From the human T2T-CHM13v2.0 reference genome, Homo sapiens, in assembly GCF_009914755.1 (NCBI RefSeq), contig NC_060934.1: a stretch of 64,000 nt of DNA; one strand, given 5' to 3'. The notes below the pieces were generated by a model. The model had not been told where the DNA came from. It ran no database searches and saw nothing but the letters and a program-made list of their open reading frames with translations. Below are positions 14,083-26,952 of this stretch, in pieces. The translations under genes were made by a program, and so were the position numbers. Each line of letters opens with the position of its first letter. The first letter of the stretch is position 1.

Positions 14083-14430
14083 CAACAGCAGGCAAGTAGA
14101 GAGCCAAATCATAAATGAACTCCCATTCACAATTGCCACAATGAGAATAAAGTACCTAGGAATACAGCTAACAGGGAAGTGAAGGACCTCTTTGAGAAGA
14201 ACTACAAACCACTGCTCAAAGAAATCAGAGATGACACAAACAAATGGGAAATCATTCAACAACAGGCAAGTAGAGAAACAAATCATAAATGAACTCCCAT
14301 TCACAGTTGCCACAATGAGAATAAAATACCTAGGAATAGAGCTAACACGGAAGTGAAGGACCTCTTCAAGGAGAACTACAAACCACTGTTCAAAGAAATC
14401 AGAGATGACACAAACAAATGGAAAATCATT
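14083..14430 (+). repeat. 174-bp tandem duplication within L1 ORF2 (14083-14256 and 14257-14430)
   Basis: Two adjacent copies CAACA.CAGGCAAGTAGAG...AAATCATT with about 12 differences by eye. Confidence 0.9.
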
Positions 14431-16094
14431 CCATGCTAATGAATAGGAAGAATCAATGTTTTGAAAATGGCCATACTGTCCAAAGTAATTTATAGATTCA
14501 ATGCTATTCCCATCAAGCTACCATTAACATTCTTTACAGAAATAGAATAAAATATTTTAAAATCAATACGGAACCAAAATAGAACTCGTATAGCCAATCC
14601 TAAGCAAAAAGAACAAAGCTAGAGGTACCACATTCCCTGACTTCAAACTCTACTACAGGGCTACAGTAACCCAAACAGCACAGTACTGGTACACGAACAG
14701 ACACATAGACCAATGGAACAGAATACAGAACCCAGAAATAAGACTGCACACCTACAACCATCTGATATTCAACAAACCTGACAAAAATGAGGAATGGGGA
14801 AAGGATTCCCTATTTAATAAATGGTTCTGGGAGAACTGGCTAGCCCTATGTAGAAAATTAAAACTGGACCCCTTCCTTACACTATATATAAAAATCAACT
14901 CAAGATGAATTAAAGACTTAAATGTAAAACCCAAAATTATAAAAACCCTAGAAGAAAACCTAGGCAGTACTATTCAGGACATAGGCACAGGCAAAGATTT
15001 CATGATGAAGATGCCAAAAACAACTGCAACAAAAGCAAAAATTGACAAATGAGATCTAATTAAACTAAAGAGCTTCTGCACAGCAAAAGAAACTATCATC
15101 AAGTGAACAGATAACCTACAGAGTGGGAGAAAATTTTTGGAAACTATGTATCTGACAAAGGTCTAATATCCAGCATTTAAAAGGAACTTAAATTTACAAA
15201 AAAAAAAAAAAAAAAAGCCATTATAAAGTAGGCAAAGGACTGAACAGACACTTCTCAAAAGAAGACATACATGCATGTGGCCAACAAACATGTGAAAAAA
15301 AGCTCAACATCACTGATCAGTAGAGAAATGCAAATCAAAACCACAATGAAATACCATCTCATGCCAATCATAATGGCAACTATTAAAAAGTCCAGAAACA
15401 ACAGATGCTGGCAAGGTTGCAGAGAAATAGGAACACTTTTACACTGTTGGTGGGAGTGTAAGTTAGTTTAACCATTGTGGAAGACAGTGTGGTGATTCCT
15501 CAGAGATCTAGAGGCAGAACTACCATTTGACCCAGCAATCCCATTACTGGTTATATACCCAAAGGATTATAAATCATGCTACTATAAAGACGCATGCACA
15601 CGTATGTTTATTGCGGCACTATTCATAATAGCAAAGACATGGAATTAACCCAAATGCCCATCAATGATAGACTGGATAAAGAAAATATAGTACACATACA
15701 CTATGGAATACTATGCAGCCATAAAAAGGAACAAGATCGTGTCCTTTGCAGGAACATGGATGGAGTTGGAAGCTGTTATCCTCAGCAAACTAATGCAGGA
15801 ACAGAAAACGAAACACCATATGCTCTCACTTATAAGTGGGAGGTGAATGATGAGAACACATGAACACATTGAGGGGAATAACACACACTGGAGGCTGTTA
15901 GGGGTGGAGGTGGGGTAGGGGGAGGGAAAGCATCAGGAAGAATAGCTAAGGGATTCTGGGCTTAATACCTAAGTGTTGGGTTGATTGTGCAGCAAACTAT
16001 CAAGGCAAATGTTTACCTATGTAACAAACCTGCAAATCTTGCACATGTACTCTGGAACTTAAAATAAAAGTTGAAGGACAAATATTTTTTAAAA

Positions 16095-16851
16095 AGAAAT
16101 GCAAATCAAAGCCACAATGAGATACCATCTCACACCAGTCAGAATGGCTACTGTTAAAAAGTCAAAAAATAACAGATGCTGGAGAGGTCGTGGAGAAAGA
16201 GGAACACTTACACACTGTTGGTGAAGAGTGGAAATTAGTTCAACCATTGTGGAAGACAGTGTGGCAATTCCTCAAAGACCTAAAGACAAAAATACCACTG
16301 GACCCAGCAATCCCATTACTGAGTATATACCCAAAGGAATACAAATCATTCTGTAATAAGACTCATGCACACATATGTTTACTGCAGCACTATTCACAAT
16401 AGAAAAGATATAGAATCAACATAAATGCCCATCAAAGATAGACTGGATTAAAAAATGTGGCTCATATACACAATGGAATACTATGCAGCCATAAAAAGGA
16501 ATGAGATCATGTCACTTGCAGGGACATGGATAGAGTTGGAGGCCATTATCCTTAGCAAACCAACACAGGAACTGAAAACCAAACACCAAGTTTTCACTTA
16601 CAAGTGGGAGCTAAATGATAATAACACATAGACACATGGGGGGAACAACACACACTGGGTCCTGTCAAAGGGCAAGGGGTGAGAGGAGGGAGAGGATGAG
16701 GAAGAATAGCTAGTGGATGCTGGGCTTAATACCTGGGTGGTGGAATGATCTGTGGAGCAAACCACCATGGCACACATTTACCTATGTAATAAATCTGCAC
16801 AACCTGTACATGTACCCCTGAACTTAAAATAAAAGTTGGAAATATAAAAAA
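16095..16851 (+). mobile_element. Second L1PA (PA11/12-like) 3' end, ~750 bp
   Basis: Restarts at AGAAATGCAAATCAAA in the ORF2 C-terminus and runs to AATAAAAGTTG at 16828. Confidence 0.9.
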
Positions 16852-17664
16852 TAGTGTTGGCAAGAGTACAGAGAAAAGGGAACTCTTCCACACTATTGGT
16901 CAGAATGTAAATTAGTACAGCCTTATGGATGATGCTTCCCCCCACCCAAAAAAAAAAAAAAACCCACAGAAATAAAGCTACCATATGATCCAGCAATCCC
17001 AATATGTAATAAAGTATGTCCCACTACTAGGTATATACCCAAAGTAAATGAATCAGTATTTCAAAGAGATTTCTGCTCCCCTATGTTCACTGCAGCCAAG
17101 ACACAAAATCAACCTAAGTGTCCATCCACAGATGAGTAGATAAAGAAAATGTGTTATATATACACAGGGGGAACCTGTTCAGCCTTAAAAACAAAGGAAA
17201 GCTTTTGATTTGCCACAACATTGATGAGTCTGGAGAACATTATGTTACATAAAATTAGCCAAGCACAGAAAGACAAATACTGCATGATCAAACTTGTGTG
17301 TGGAATCCAGAAAAGTCAAACTCATAGAAGCAGAGTAAAAATAGTGGTTAACAGAGGCTGGGAGTGAGGAGATGGGTTACCCAGAAAAATGCTGGTGAAA
17401 GGATACAAAATTTCAGTTAGACATGAAGAATAAGTTCGAGAAATGTACAACATGAGGACCACAGTTAATGGCAATGAGTTGTGTACCTTAAATTTCCAAA
17501 GACAGCAGATTTTAAGTGTTCTCATTACAAAAAAATGAAAAGTATATGAGGTCATGTGTATGCTAATTAGCTTGATATAATCATTCCACAATGTCTACAT
17601 ATTTCAAAACATCATGTTGTATGCCATAAATATATACAATTTTTGTCAAGTAAAAATTTTTAAA
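16852..17664 (+). mobile_element. L1MA (MA6-9-like) 3' end
   Basis: GTGTTGGCAAG..AGAAAAGGGAAC start, then the L1MA 3'UTR ..GATTTTAAGTGTTCTCA..AATTAGCTTGAT..AAAACATCATGTTGTA..TTTGTCAA. Confidence 0.85.
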
Positions 17665-19507
17665 GGCCGAATTTACTCAAAGGTTAATTTAATATGACCA
17701 AAACTGAGTGGTTCAAGGGATTTGCTTATAGGCATTTCTAGGTCATTGACTCAATTCCTTTTTATGGTCATAGTTTTCAGTAACTTGGCTCTGTGTAGCA
17801 GCCCATTCCAAATGAGGATCTGTACCCTGTTATATTTCTGTTTTGTCCACAACTGAGAAGAATATTCATTGGATTGTGTATCTGAGTTAGGGGAAAGTCT
17901 AGTGCTTCTAGAAAACTCCATGACAACTGTAGATCAATGCACAGTTTTCTGCCTTGAAACTTGAAATTTCAATTGTAAGACAATATTAAATAGAATAAAA
18001 AATGATACTCTGGCAAATATAACAGAGTTTTCCTTTTTTGTGGGAGTGTCAGATTTTGAGTTTTACAGGAGAACTAGGCCTTCTAATTCTGATTTGACTT
18101 TCCAACTAACATCAAACTTAGAGCTCCATATCTGAGGGATAACTGGACTGGTGATTGTGCAAAATATTTCTGTCTTGCATTTAAAGTTGTAACGAATTGA
18201 TAGAAATCAATCTTACCAGCACTGGCTGTCATTTAATTCTTATTCTTAACTTTGGTGATAAAAAAAAATAAATCTGTTGAATCTGTGCAAAGAAGCCTTT
18301 CTGAGACCAAAATGGCAGCTAAAATTATTTCTGTAATTAATTTCTGCCTTGTGTGTCAATGTTCTTTAGAATATAAATGATTTTGTAAATACTTGGCAGC
18401 AATTTGTTTAATTTGGAAGGGCACAAAGTACACTCCATTGAGTTGGCAAATGCAACATCCTTCTAAATATTTTTCCTAAAACATCAAGTATATTATATGT
18501 ATTTAAATTTATATTACAACACTTTTCTGAGAAAGTGTAATTTTTAATTATGACCTAAGTCTGACTACATGCATGTCTTTGCCTTCTTGTTTCATGCATT
18601 CATTAGCAATTTGAATAGAATTTTAATAAAATTCAACAAAAAGAAAAATGAACAAAACATCTGAGAAATATGGGATTATGACCAAATATATGATTCATCA
18701 GCATTCCTAAGAAATAAGGAGAGAGAATAAGCAACTTGTAAAATACATTTGAGGACACAGGCATGAAAACTTCTCTAGTGTCACTACAGACATTGACATG
18801 CAAATCCAAGAAATACAGAGAATTTCAGCCAGATACTATACAAGATGACCCTACCCGAGGCACATAGTCATCAGAATCACCAAGATCAATGCAAAAGAAG
18901 AAATCTAAAAGGCAGCTAGAGAGAAAGTGCAGGTCACCTACAGAGGGAATCCCACCAGGCTAGAAGCAGATTTCTCAGAAAAAACCTTACAAGCCAGAAG
19001 AGATTAGGGGCCTATTTTCAGTGTCCTTAAAGAAAGGAAATTCCAACCAAAAATTTTTATATCCTACCAAACTAAGCTTCATAACTGAAGGAGAAATAAG
19101 AGGCTTCTCTGACAAGCAAATGCTGAGGGAATACGTTTAAACTAGAGTAGCCTTACAAGAGGTCCTTAAGGGAGTTCTAAACATGAATTCAAAAGAATGA
19201 CACCTGCCACCACAAATGCACACTTAAGCACATAGCTCACAGGCACTATAAAGCAACTACACAAGAACCAGCTAACAATACAATGATAGAATCAAAATCA
19301 CATATATCAATAATAACCTTGAATGTAAATGGGCTAAACAGCCCACTCAAAAGACACAGAGTGGCAGGCTGGATAAAAAGACAAGACCCAACCAATCTGT
19401 TGTTTTCAAGAGACCCATCTTACATGTAATGACACCCACAAACTCAACGTAAAAGTATGCGGTAAGATCTACCATGCAAACAGAAAACAAAAAAGAGCAG
19501 GTGTCAC

Positions 19508-19623
19508 CATTCCTCATCATTCATTCATTCTTCATCATTCAATTTTCATTCTTCATCTTTCATCATTCATTCTTCATGTTTCATCATTCATTCTTCATTC
19601 ATTCATCATTCATTCATTCATCA
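19508..19623 (+). repeat. Compound (TTCA/TCA/TTC)n simple repeat expanded inside L1 ORF2
   Basis: Visible directly. It interrupts the consensus ATTCTT..ATCAGATAAAACAG. Confidence 0.9.
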
Positions 19624-22600
19624 GATAAAACAGATTTTAAACACATAAAAATGAAGGACAATGAAGGGCACTGCATAACAATAAAGGATACAGTCCGACA
19701 AGAAGCCTTAACTATACTAAATATATACACACCCAACTTTGGAGCACTGAGATTTATACAACAACTTCTTCTTGGCCTAGGAAAACACTTAAACAACCAC
19801 ACAATAATAGTGGGAGACTTCAACACCCTACTGACAACATTAGATCATCAAAGCACAAAACTAACAAAGAAACTCTGGACTTCAACTCAACACTTGACCA
19901 AATGGGCCTATAAAGCACTCCATCCAACAACCACAGAATATGCATTCTTCTCATCTGCACACAGAACATATTCAAAGATCAACCACATGCTCAGTCATAA
20001 AGCAGGCCTCAATAAATTCAGAAAGAAATTGAAACTATACCAAGTATACTCTCAAACCACAGTGTAATAAAACTAGACATCAATACCAAAATGATCTCTC
20101 AAAATTACACAAATAAATGGAAAGTAAGCAACTTATTCCTGAATAACTCCTGGGTGAACATAGAAATTAAGGCAGAAATTTAAAAAATTATTTGAAGTTA
20201 ATGAAAATAGGAACACAACTTACCAAAATCTCTGAGATATAGCCAAAGCAGTGTTAAGAGGAAAATTAATAGTCCTAAATGCCTTCATCAAGAAGTTAGA
20301 AAGGTCTCAAATTAACAAACTAACTTTGCACCTACAGGAACAAGAAAGAAAGAGAACAAACCAACTCCAAAGCTAGCAAAAGAAAAGAAATAACTAAAAT
20401 TAAAGAAGATCTTAATGAAATTGAGATGCAATAAACCATACAAAAGACCAATGAAACCAAGAATTGGTTCTTTGAAAAACTAAGACTGGTAGAATCCCTA
20501 ACTAAATCAACAAAGAAAAAGAAAGAGACTATCCAAATAAGCAAAATCAGAAACAACACTAATGATATTACAACTGATCCCACAGAAATACAAAAGAACC
20601 TCAGAGACTACTATGAACAACTCTAGGCACACAAATTAGAAAATCTAAAGGAAATGGATAAATTCCTGGAAGCATACAATCTCCAAAGATGGAATCATGA
20701 AGAAATTGAAACTCTGAATAGACCAATTTTAACTTCTGAAATTGAATCAATAATAAAGAACCTACCAAGCAAAAAAAGCCCTGGACCAAGTGAATTCACA
20801 CCCCAATTCTACCAGACATACAAACAAGAACTGATACTAATCCTACTGAAGCTATTCCAAAAAACTGAGGAGCAGGGGCTCCTCCCTAACTTATTCTATA
20901 AGACAAGCATCAGCCTGATACCAAAATCAGGCAGAGATACAACAACAACAACAAACTTCAGACTAATATCCCTCATAAACACAGATGCAAAAATCCTCAA
21001 CAAATATTAGCAAATTGAATCTAGCAGCACATCAAAAAGTTAATACACCACAATCAAGTAGGCTTTATTCTTGGGATTCAATACTGAAATCACATTTGTT
21101 GTGATTTGTGATTTGCTGTGTTGCAAGATTGCAAATACTTGCATATGTTGCAAATCATATTTGCGTTTGTTGCACATGTTGCAAATCAACAAACATGATT
21201 CACCACACAAACAGAATCAAGAGCAAAAACTATAGGATCATCTCAATAGATGCAGAGAAACCTTTTGATAAAATTCAACATTCCTTCATTATAAAAATCC
21301 TCAATAAACAAAGGAACATACCTCAAAATAATAAAAGCCATCCAGGCAAACCCACAGCCAACATCAGACTGAATGGGCAAATGATGGAAATATTTCCCTT
21401 GAGAACTAGAACAAGACAAGGCTGCCTACTCTCACCACTTCTCTTCAACATAGTACTGGAAGTCCTTGCCAGATCAACCAGGCAAGAGAAAGAAATAAAA
21501 GGAATTTGAAAAAGAAAAGAAGAAGTCAAACTCTTTTCACTGACGATATGATTTTGTACCTAGAAAACCCTAAAGACTGCTAAAAGGTTCCAAGAATTAA
21601 TAAGCAACTTTAGCAAAGTTTCAGGATAAAATCAATGTACAAAAATCAGTATCATTTCTATACACCAGCAACATCCAGGCTGAGAGTAAAATCTAGAACA
21701 CAATTCCACTTACAATAGCCACAAATAAAATGAAGTATCTAGGAATACAGCTAACCAGGAGGTGAAAGATCTCTATAAGGAGAACAACAAAACATTGGTG
21801 AAAGAAATCAGTGATAATGCAAATAAATGGACAAACATTCCATACTCATGAATTGAAAGAATCAATATTGTTAAAATGACCATACTGCCTAAAGCAATTT
21901 ACAGTTACTGCTATTCCTGTCAAACTACTAATGTCACTGTTTACAGAATTAGAAAACACTATTTTAAAATTCATATAGAACGACAAAAGAGTGTGAATAG
22001 CCAAAACAATACTAAGCAAAAGGAAAAAAGACAGAGACATTACACTACCCAACATGAAACTGTACTACAAGGATATGGTAATCAAAACAGCATGGTATTG
22101 GTACAAAAATAGAAACATAGACCAATTGAACAGGTTAGAGAACCCAGAAATAAAGCCACACACCTACAACTATCTGATATTTAACAAGGCTGACAAAAAT
22201 AAGCAATGGGGAAAGGACTCCCTATTCAATAAATGGTGCTGGGATAACTGGCTAGCCATATGCAGAAGACTGAAGCTGGGCCCATACTTTTTACCATATA
22301 CAAGAATGAACTCAAAATGGATTAAACATTTAAATGTAAATCCTCAAACTATAAAAATCCTAGAAGAAAACCCAGGAAATAGTCTTCTCAACATTGGCCT
22401 TGGCAAAGAATTTATGGCTAAGTCCCCAAATGCAACTGCAATAAAAACAAAAATATAGTGAGAACTAATTAAACTAAAGAGCTTCTGCATGGCAAAAAAA
22501 ACTATGAACAGAGCAAAGAGACAACCTATAGAATGATACAAGATATTTGCAAACAAGGCATCCAACAAAGCCTAATATCCAGAATCTATGGTAAAAAATA

Positions 22601-22641
22601 AATAACAAGCAGAAAATAACCCCATTAAAAAGTGGACAAAT

Positions 22642-23170
<529 letters not shown>

Positions 23171-23967
23171 TTAGTACGGCCACTGTGGAAAGCAGTCGGG
23201 AGATTTCTCAAATAATTTAAAACATAGCTACCATTAGACCCAGCAATCCCACTACTGGGTATATATGCAAAAGAAAATAAATCATTCTACCAAAAAGACA
23301 CATGTACTTGTACATTCATCACTGTGCTAGTCACAATAGCAAAGACATAGAATCAACCCAGGTGCCCATCAATGGTAGATTGGATAAAGAAAAAATAGTA
23401 CATATACACCATGGAATACTGTGTAGCCATAAAAAAAAATGAAAATGTGACTTTTGCAGCAACATGGATGGAGCCCTTGGAGGTCATAATCCTAAGCAAA
23501 TTAATGGAGGAACATATAACCAAATACCACGTTTGCACTTATAAGTGGGAGCTAAGCCTTGTGCACACATGGACATCAGTATGGGAAAAATAGACATTGT
23601 GGACTCCAAGAGGGTGGAAGGCAGGGGATATTGGGTTAAAAATCTACCTACCAGGTACTAGGCTCACTACAACAGTGGACGGGATCTATACCCCAAACCT
23701 CGGCATCATGCAATATTCCCATGTAACAAATCTGCACATGTACCCCCTGTATCTACAAGTTGAAATTAAATAATAACAATAATAAAAAGTAAAAGTGCCT
23801 GGGGTGGGGGAAGGTATTATCAAGGTGTAAGTTTTCAGAGTGGATCTACCCTAAAAGTCCTTATAGAAAGCCGGTTTATTTTATTCAATAAAACAAAAGA
23901 AAGGAAATAACTCTAAGACAAAAGATAGGGTTGTCACATGTTGTAAATATAATCTTCATTCATATAC

Positions 23968-24057
23968 AAATCCAATTAAATTTAAATCCAATTTAAATTG
24001 GTTTAAATCCAATTTAAATTGGATTAAATCCAGTTTGGATTGGGTTAAATCCAATTT
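23968..24057. repeat. AT-rich palindromic patchwork of AATCCAATTT / AAATTGGATT units
   Basis: Contains the perfect 20-bp palindrome AATCCAATTTAAATTGGATT at 24006-24025. Confidence 0.85.
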
Positions 24058-24187
24058 CGAACCCATCCACTGTATAAATATGAGGAAAATATGTTAAATT
24101 TTTTATATTTATATCTCTCCATTTAAATTCTTACATATTGTGAATAAAATCAAATTTTATTGACATATTGGCGAAGCATAATTCAAT

Positions 24188-24401
24188 ATTAAAGCATATG
24201 TCCACACAAAACTTTTACACAATGTTCATAGCAACATTTTTCATAAGAGCCCAAAAGTGGAAACAACCCAAATGTCCATCAACTGGTAAATGGATAAGCA
24301 GCATGGAGCAGAATATCCATACAAAGAAGTATTACTTGGCAATAAGAAAGAATGAAGTACTGATACATGCTACAACATGGATAAACCTTAGAAGAATTAT
24401 G
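24188..24401 (+). mobile_element. Old L1M (L1MD/ME-like) ORF2-end fragment
   Basis: GTCCACACAAAAC..AAGTGGAAACAACCCAAATGTCCATCAACTGG..ATACATGCTACAACATGG. Confidence 0.75.
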
Positions 24402-24559
24402 CCCTCACATTCTCCACCATAGTGCAACCTTTGTTCATCAAAGAAAAATGAAATAACGTCTTTTATTCCTTTATTATTTTGGAAAGCAAGAGAAAGTTAT
24501 TAACAGTAACATGACAATAAATATCATATGGAAAAGTTTCAAACTGACCAATTCACCTT

Positions 24560-25335
24560 GCACATTGTTCATTCAAATGTAAATTAGTGCAACTATTATA
24601 AGAAATAGTATGAAGTTTTCTCAAAATCGTAAAAATAGAACTACAATATGATCCAGAAATCCCATTTCTGGGTACATATAACTTTTTGTCAAAGAGATCT
24701 GCATTCTGATGTTTATTGTGGCCTTATTCACAACAGCCAAGATAAGAAATCAACCTGTATCTATCGACACATAAATAAATGGATAAAGAAACAGGGGTAT
24801 ACACACACAATTGAATACTATTTCACTGTAAAAAAAAAAAAAAGACAATATTGTCATTTGCAACAACATGGGTGAACTTCAAGCATATTATGTTAAGTGA
24901 TATGTCAGGCACAGTAAGAGAAATACCACATGATCTGACATATGTAGAATCTAAAAAAAGTTGAACTCACACAAGTAGAGAGTAGAATGCTAGTTACCAG
25001 GGTCAGGGGCATTATTGGTTAAAGAATAGAAAATTTCAATTAGATGGAAGGAATAAGTTCAAGAAATCTATTGTAAAACATGTAGTAGAAAATCCGTGCA
25101 AGGAAGTATTACAACAGAATAACAACGTATTGTATTTTTGGAAGTTGTTAAGAGAATAAATCGTAAGTGTTCTCACCACAAAAAAAATGATAAATATATG
25201 AGGTAATGAATATATTGATTAGCTCAATTGAACTATTTCACAATGTGTACATATTTTAAAATATCATTCACATGATAAATATACATAATGTTTATTTGTC
25301 AATTAAAATAAATTTTGTTTACAAAAGAAAAAACA
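24560..25335 (+). mobile_element. L1MA-type 3' end
   Basis: AAATAGAACTACAATATGATCCAG..GGAATAAGTTCAAG..GTGTTCTCACCACAAAAA..GTCAATTAAAATAAA. Confidence 0.85.
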
Positions 25336-25659
25336 GTATGCATATTTATATTTATCAGGATTCTTGTTACATTGACTTTGTTTCCAATAGTAATTGTGAG
25401 GTTCTTCATGAACTGTGCCCATGGGCTCCAGTGATTGGTAAATTATTCCACCTCTACCATGGTGACTGAATTAAACAAGATCCTCAGGTGGTTCATGTGT
25501 ACATTAAAATCTGAGAAACACTTAAAAAACAAAAAATGGAACAATGAAGACATTTAATAAAATAAATCTTAAACAAATTATATAATTAGATAGGACAATA
25601 CAATAACATGCATTATCCTTGTCTTAAAACCAAAAGGATATTTTTTCTTCCAATTTTCT

Positions 25660-25863
25660 TATTTTTAAATTTATTTTTAATTTCAACTTTTATTTTAGAT
25701 ACAGGGGGTTCATGTGCAGATTTGTTATGTGGGAATATTGCATGATGTTGAGGTTTGGAGCATGGACCTCGTCACCCTGGTAGTGAGCATAGTGCCTGAT
25801 AGGTAGCTTTTTAACCCACCCAGCCCACTTCACCCTCTAGTAATCTATACAGTGTTGATTGTT
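25660..25863 (-). mobile_element. Short L1PA16/17-like 3' end
   Basis: CAACTTTTATTTTAGATACAGGGG..GGGAATATTGCATGATG. TSD TTCCAATTTTCT at 25648-59 and 25867-78. Confidence 0.85.
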
Positions 25864-26170
25864 TTTTTCCAATTTTCTACATATGCCTCTAGAGTAATTC
25901 TGTCATCAATTACAAATAAATTAAAGCGCTTTCTCATATCTCTGAAGGATGTAAATGAATATTAGCAAAACAGTTGGTCTTCAGAAATTTAGAAACTAAT
26001 GTAATTTGAATCTTTCCCTTGCCAGGGAACATACATGCCAATCTAGATACTCAAGAGCTATGATTAAAATTTATTCTTTTGTAAAAACACCAGTACAGTA
26101 GCTATATTCACATAATCCCTTTTCTTAAATTAGTCACATATCTGATGCACTAGTGTTCTTCCAGAGTTAA

Positions 26171-26430
<260 letters not shown>

Positions 26431-26727
26431 TAAACAGGACATTTTAAAAGCCAACATCAGCTAATAAGCTAACAGCATTTTATTTTTACTAATGAAAAAA
26501 ACATTTAAATCTATCTGTGTAGTTTTTTATTTCAATCCTCTAAAACAAAATCAAGAACTAACAAATGGTTAAGTGAATTATGCATGATAGTATGATTTTT
26601 TATTATAATTAAAATGCTCTTTTTCAATATTTCTAAATTATAAATAATTTTAACATATAGTACAAAAACTTTGCAGCAATAAGTCAGCATAACTGGTAAC
26701 TGAATAAAGACAATTTATTATGATCCT

Positions 26728-26952
26728 GGACTCACAAGACAGATTCTCTGGGTTCAAATCCCAGCTCTGCCTTTTCCAGCTGCATGACATTGGAGAGTAC
26801 TTTAACCTCTCTGAACCACATCTGAAACTAGGAAGAATATTAGTACCTACATCAGAGGGATTTTAGGAGGGTTCAATGGGCTAATACATGTAACACACTT
26901 ACGGTGTTTCCTGGCACATAATCAGTACTACATGAGTTAGCTCACATTATTA
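26728..26952 (+). mobile_element. MIR SINE
   Basis: GGGTTCAAATCCCAGCTCTGCC..TTTAACCTCTCTG..GTACCTAC..CCTGGCACATA. Confidence 0.8.

Larger units (their letters stand above)
8734..16094 (+). mobile_element. Full-length nested L1 (L1PA10-13/L1PREC2-like): 5'UTR ~8734-10404, ORF1 ~10405-11430, ORF2 ~11494-15830, all disrupted
   Basis: 5' end GGGCCGAGA..TAGAAGTAGCT..GTAAATACAGCACCTTCAACTGAAA. ORF1 peptides (ORFs 10564, 11107), ORF2 endonuclease start MITGSNPYIT, and RT/C-terminal fragments. AATAAA at 16063. Confidence 0.92.
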
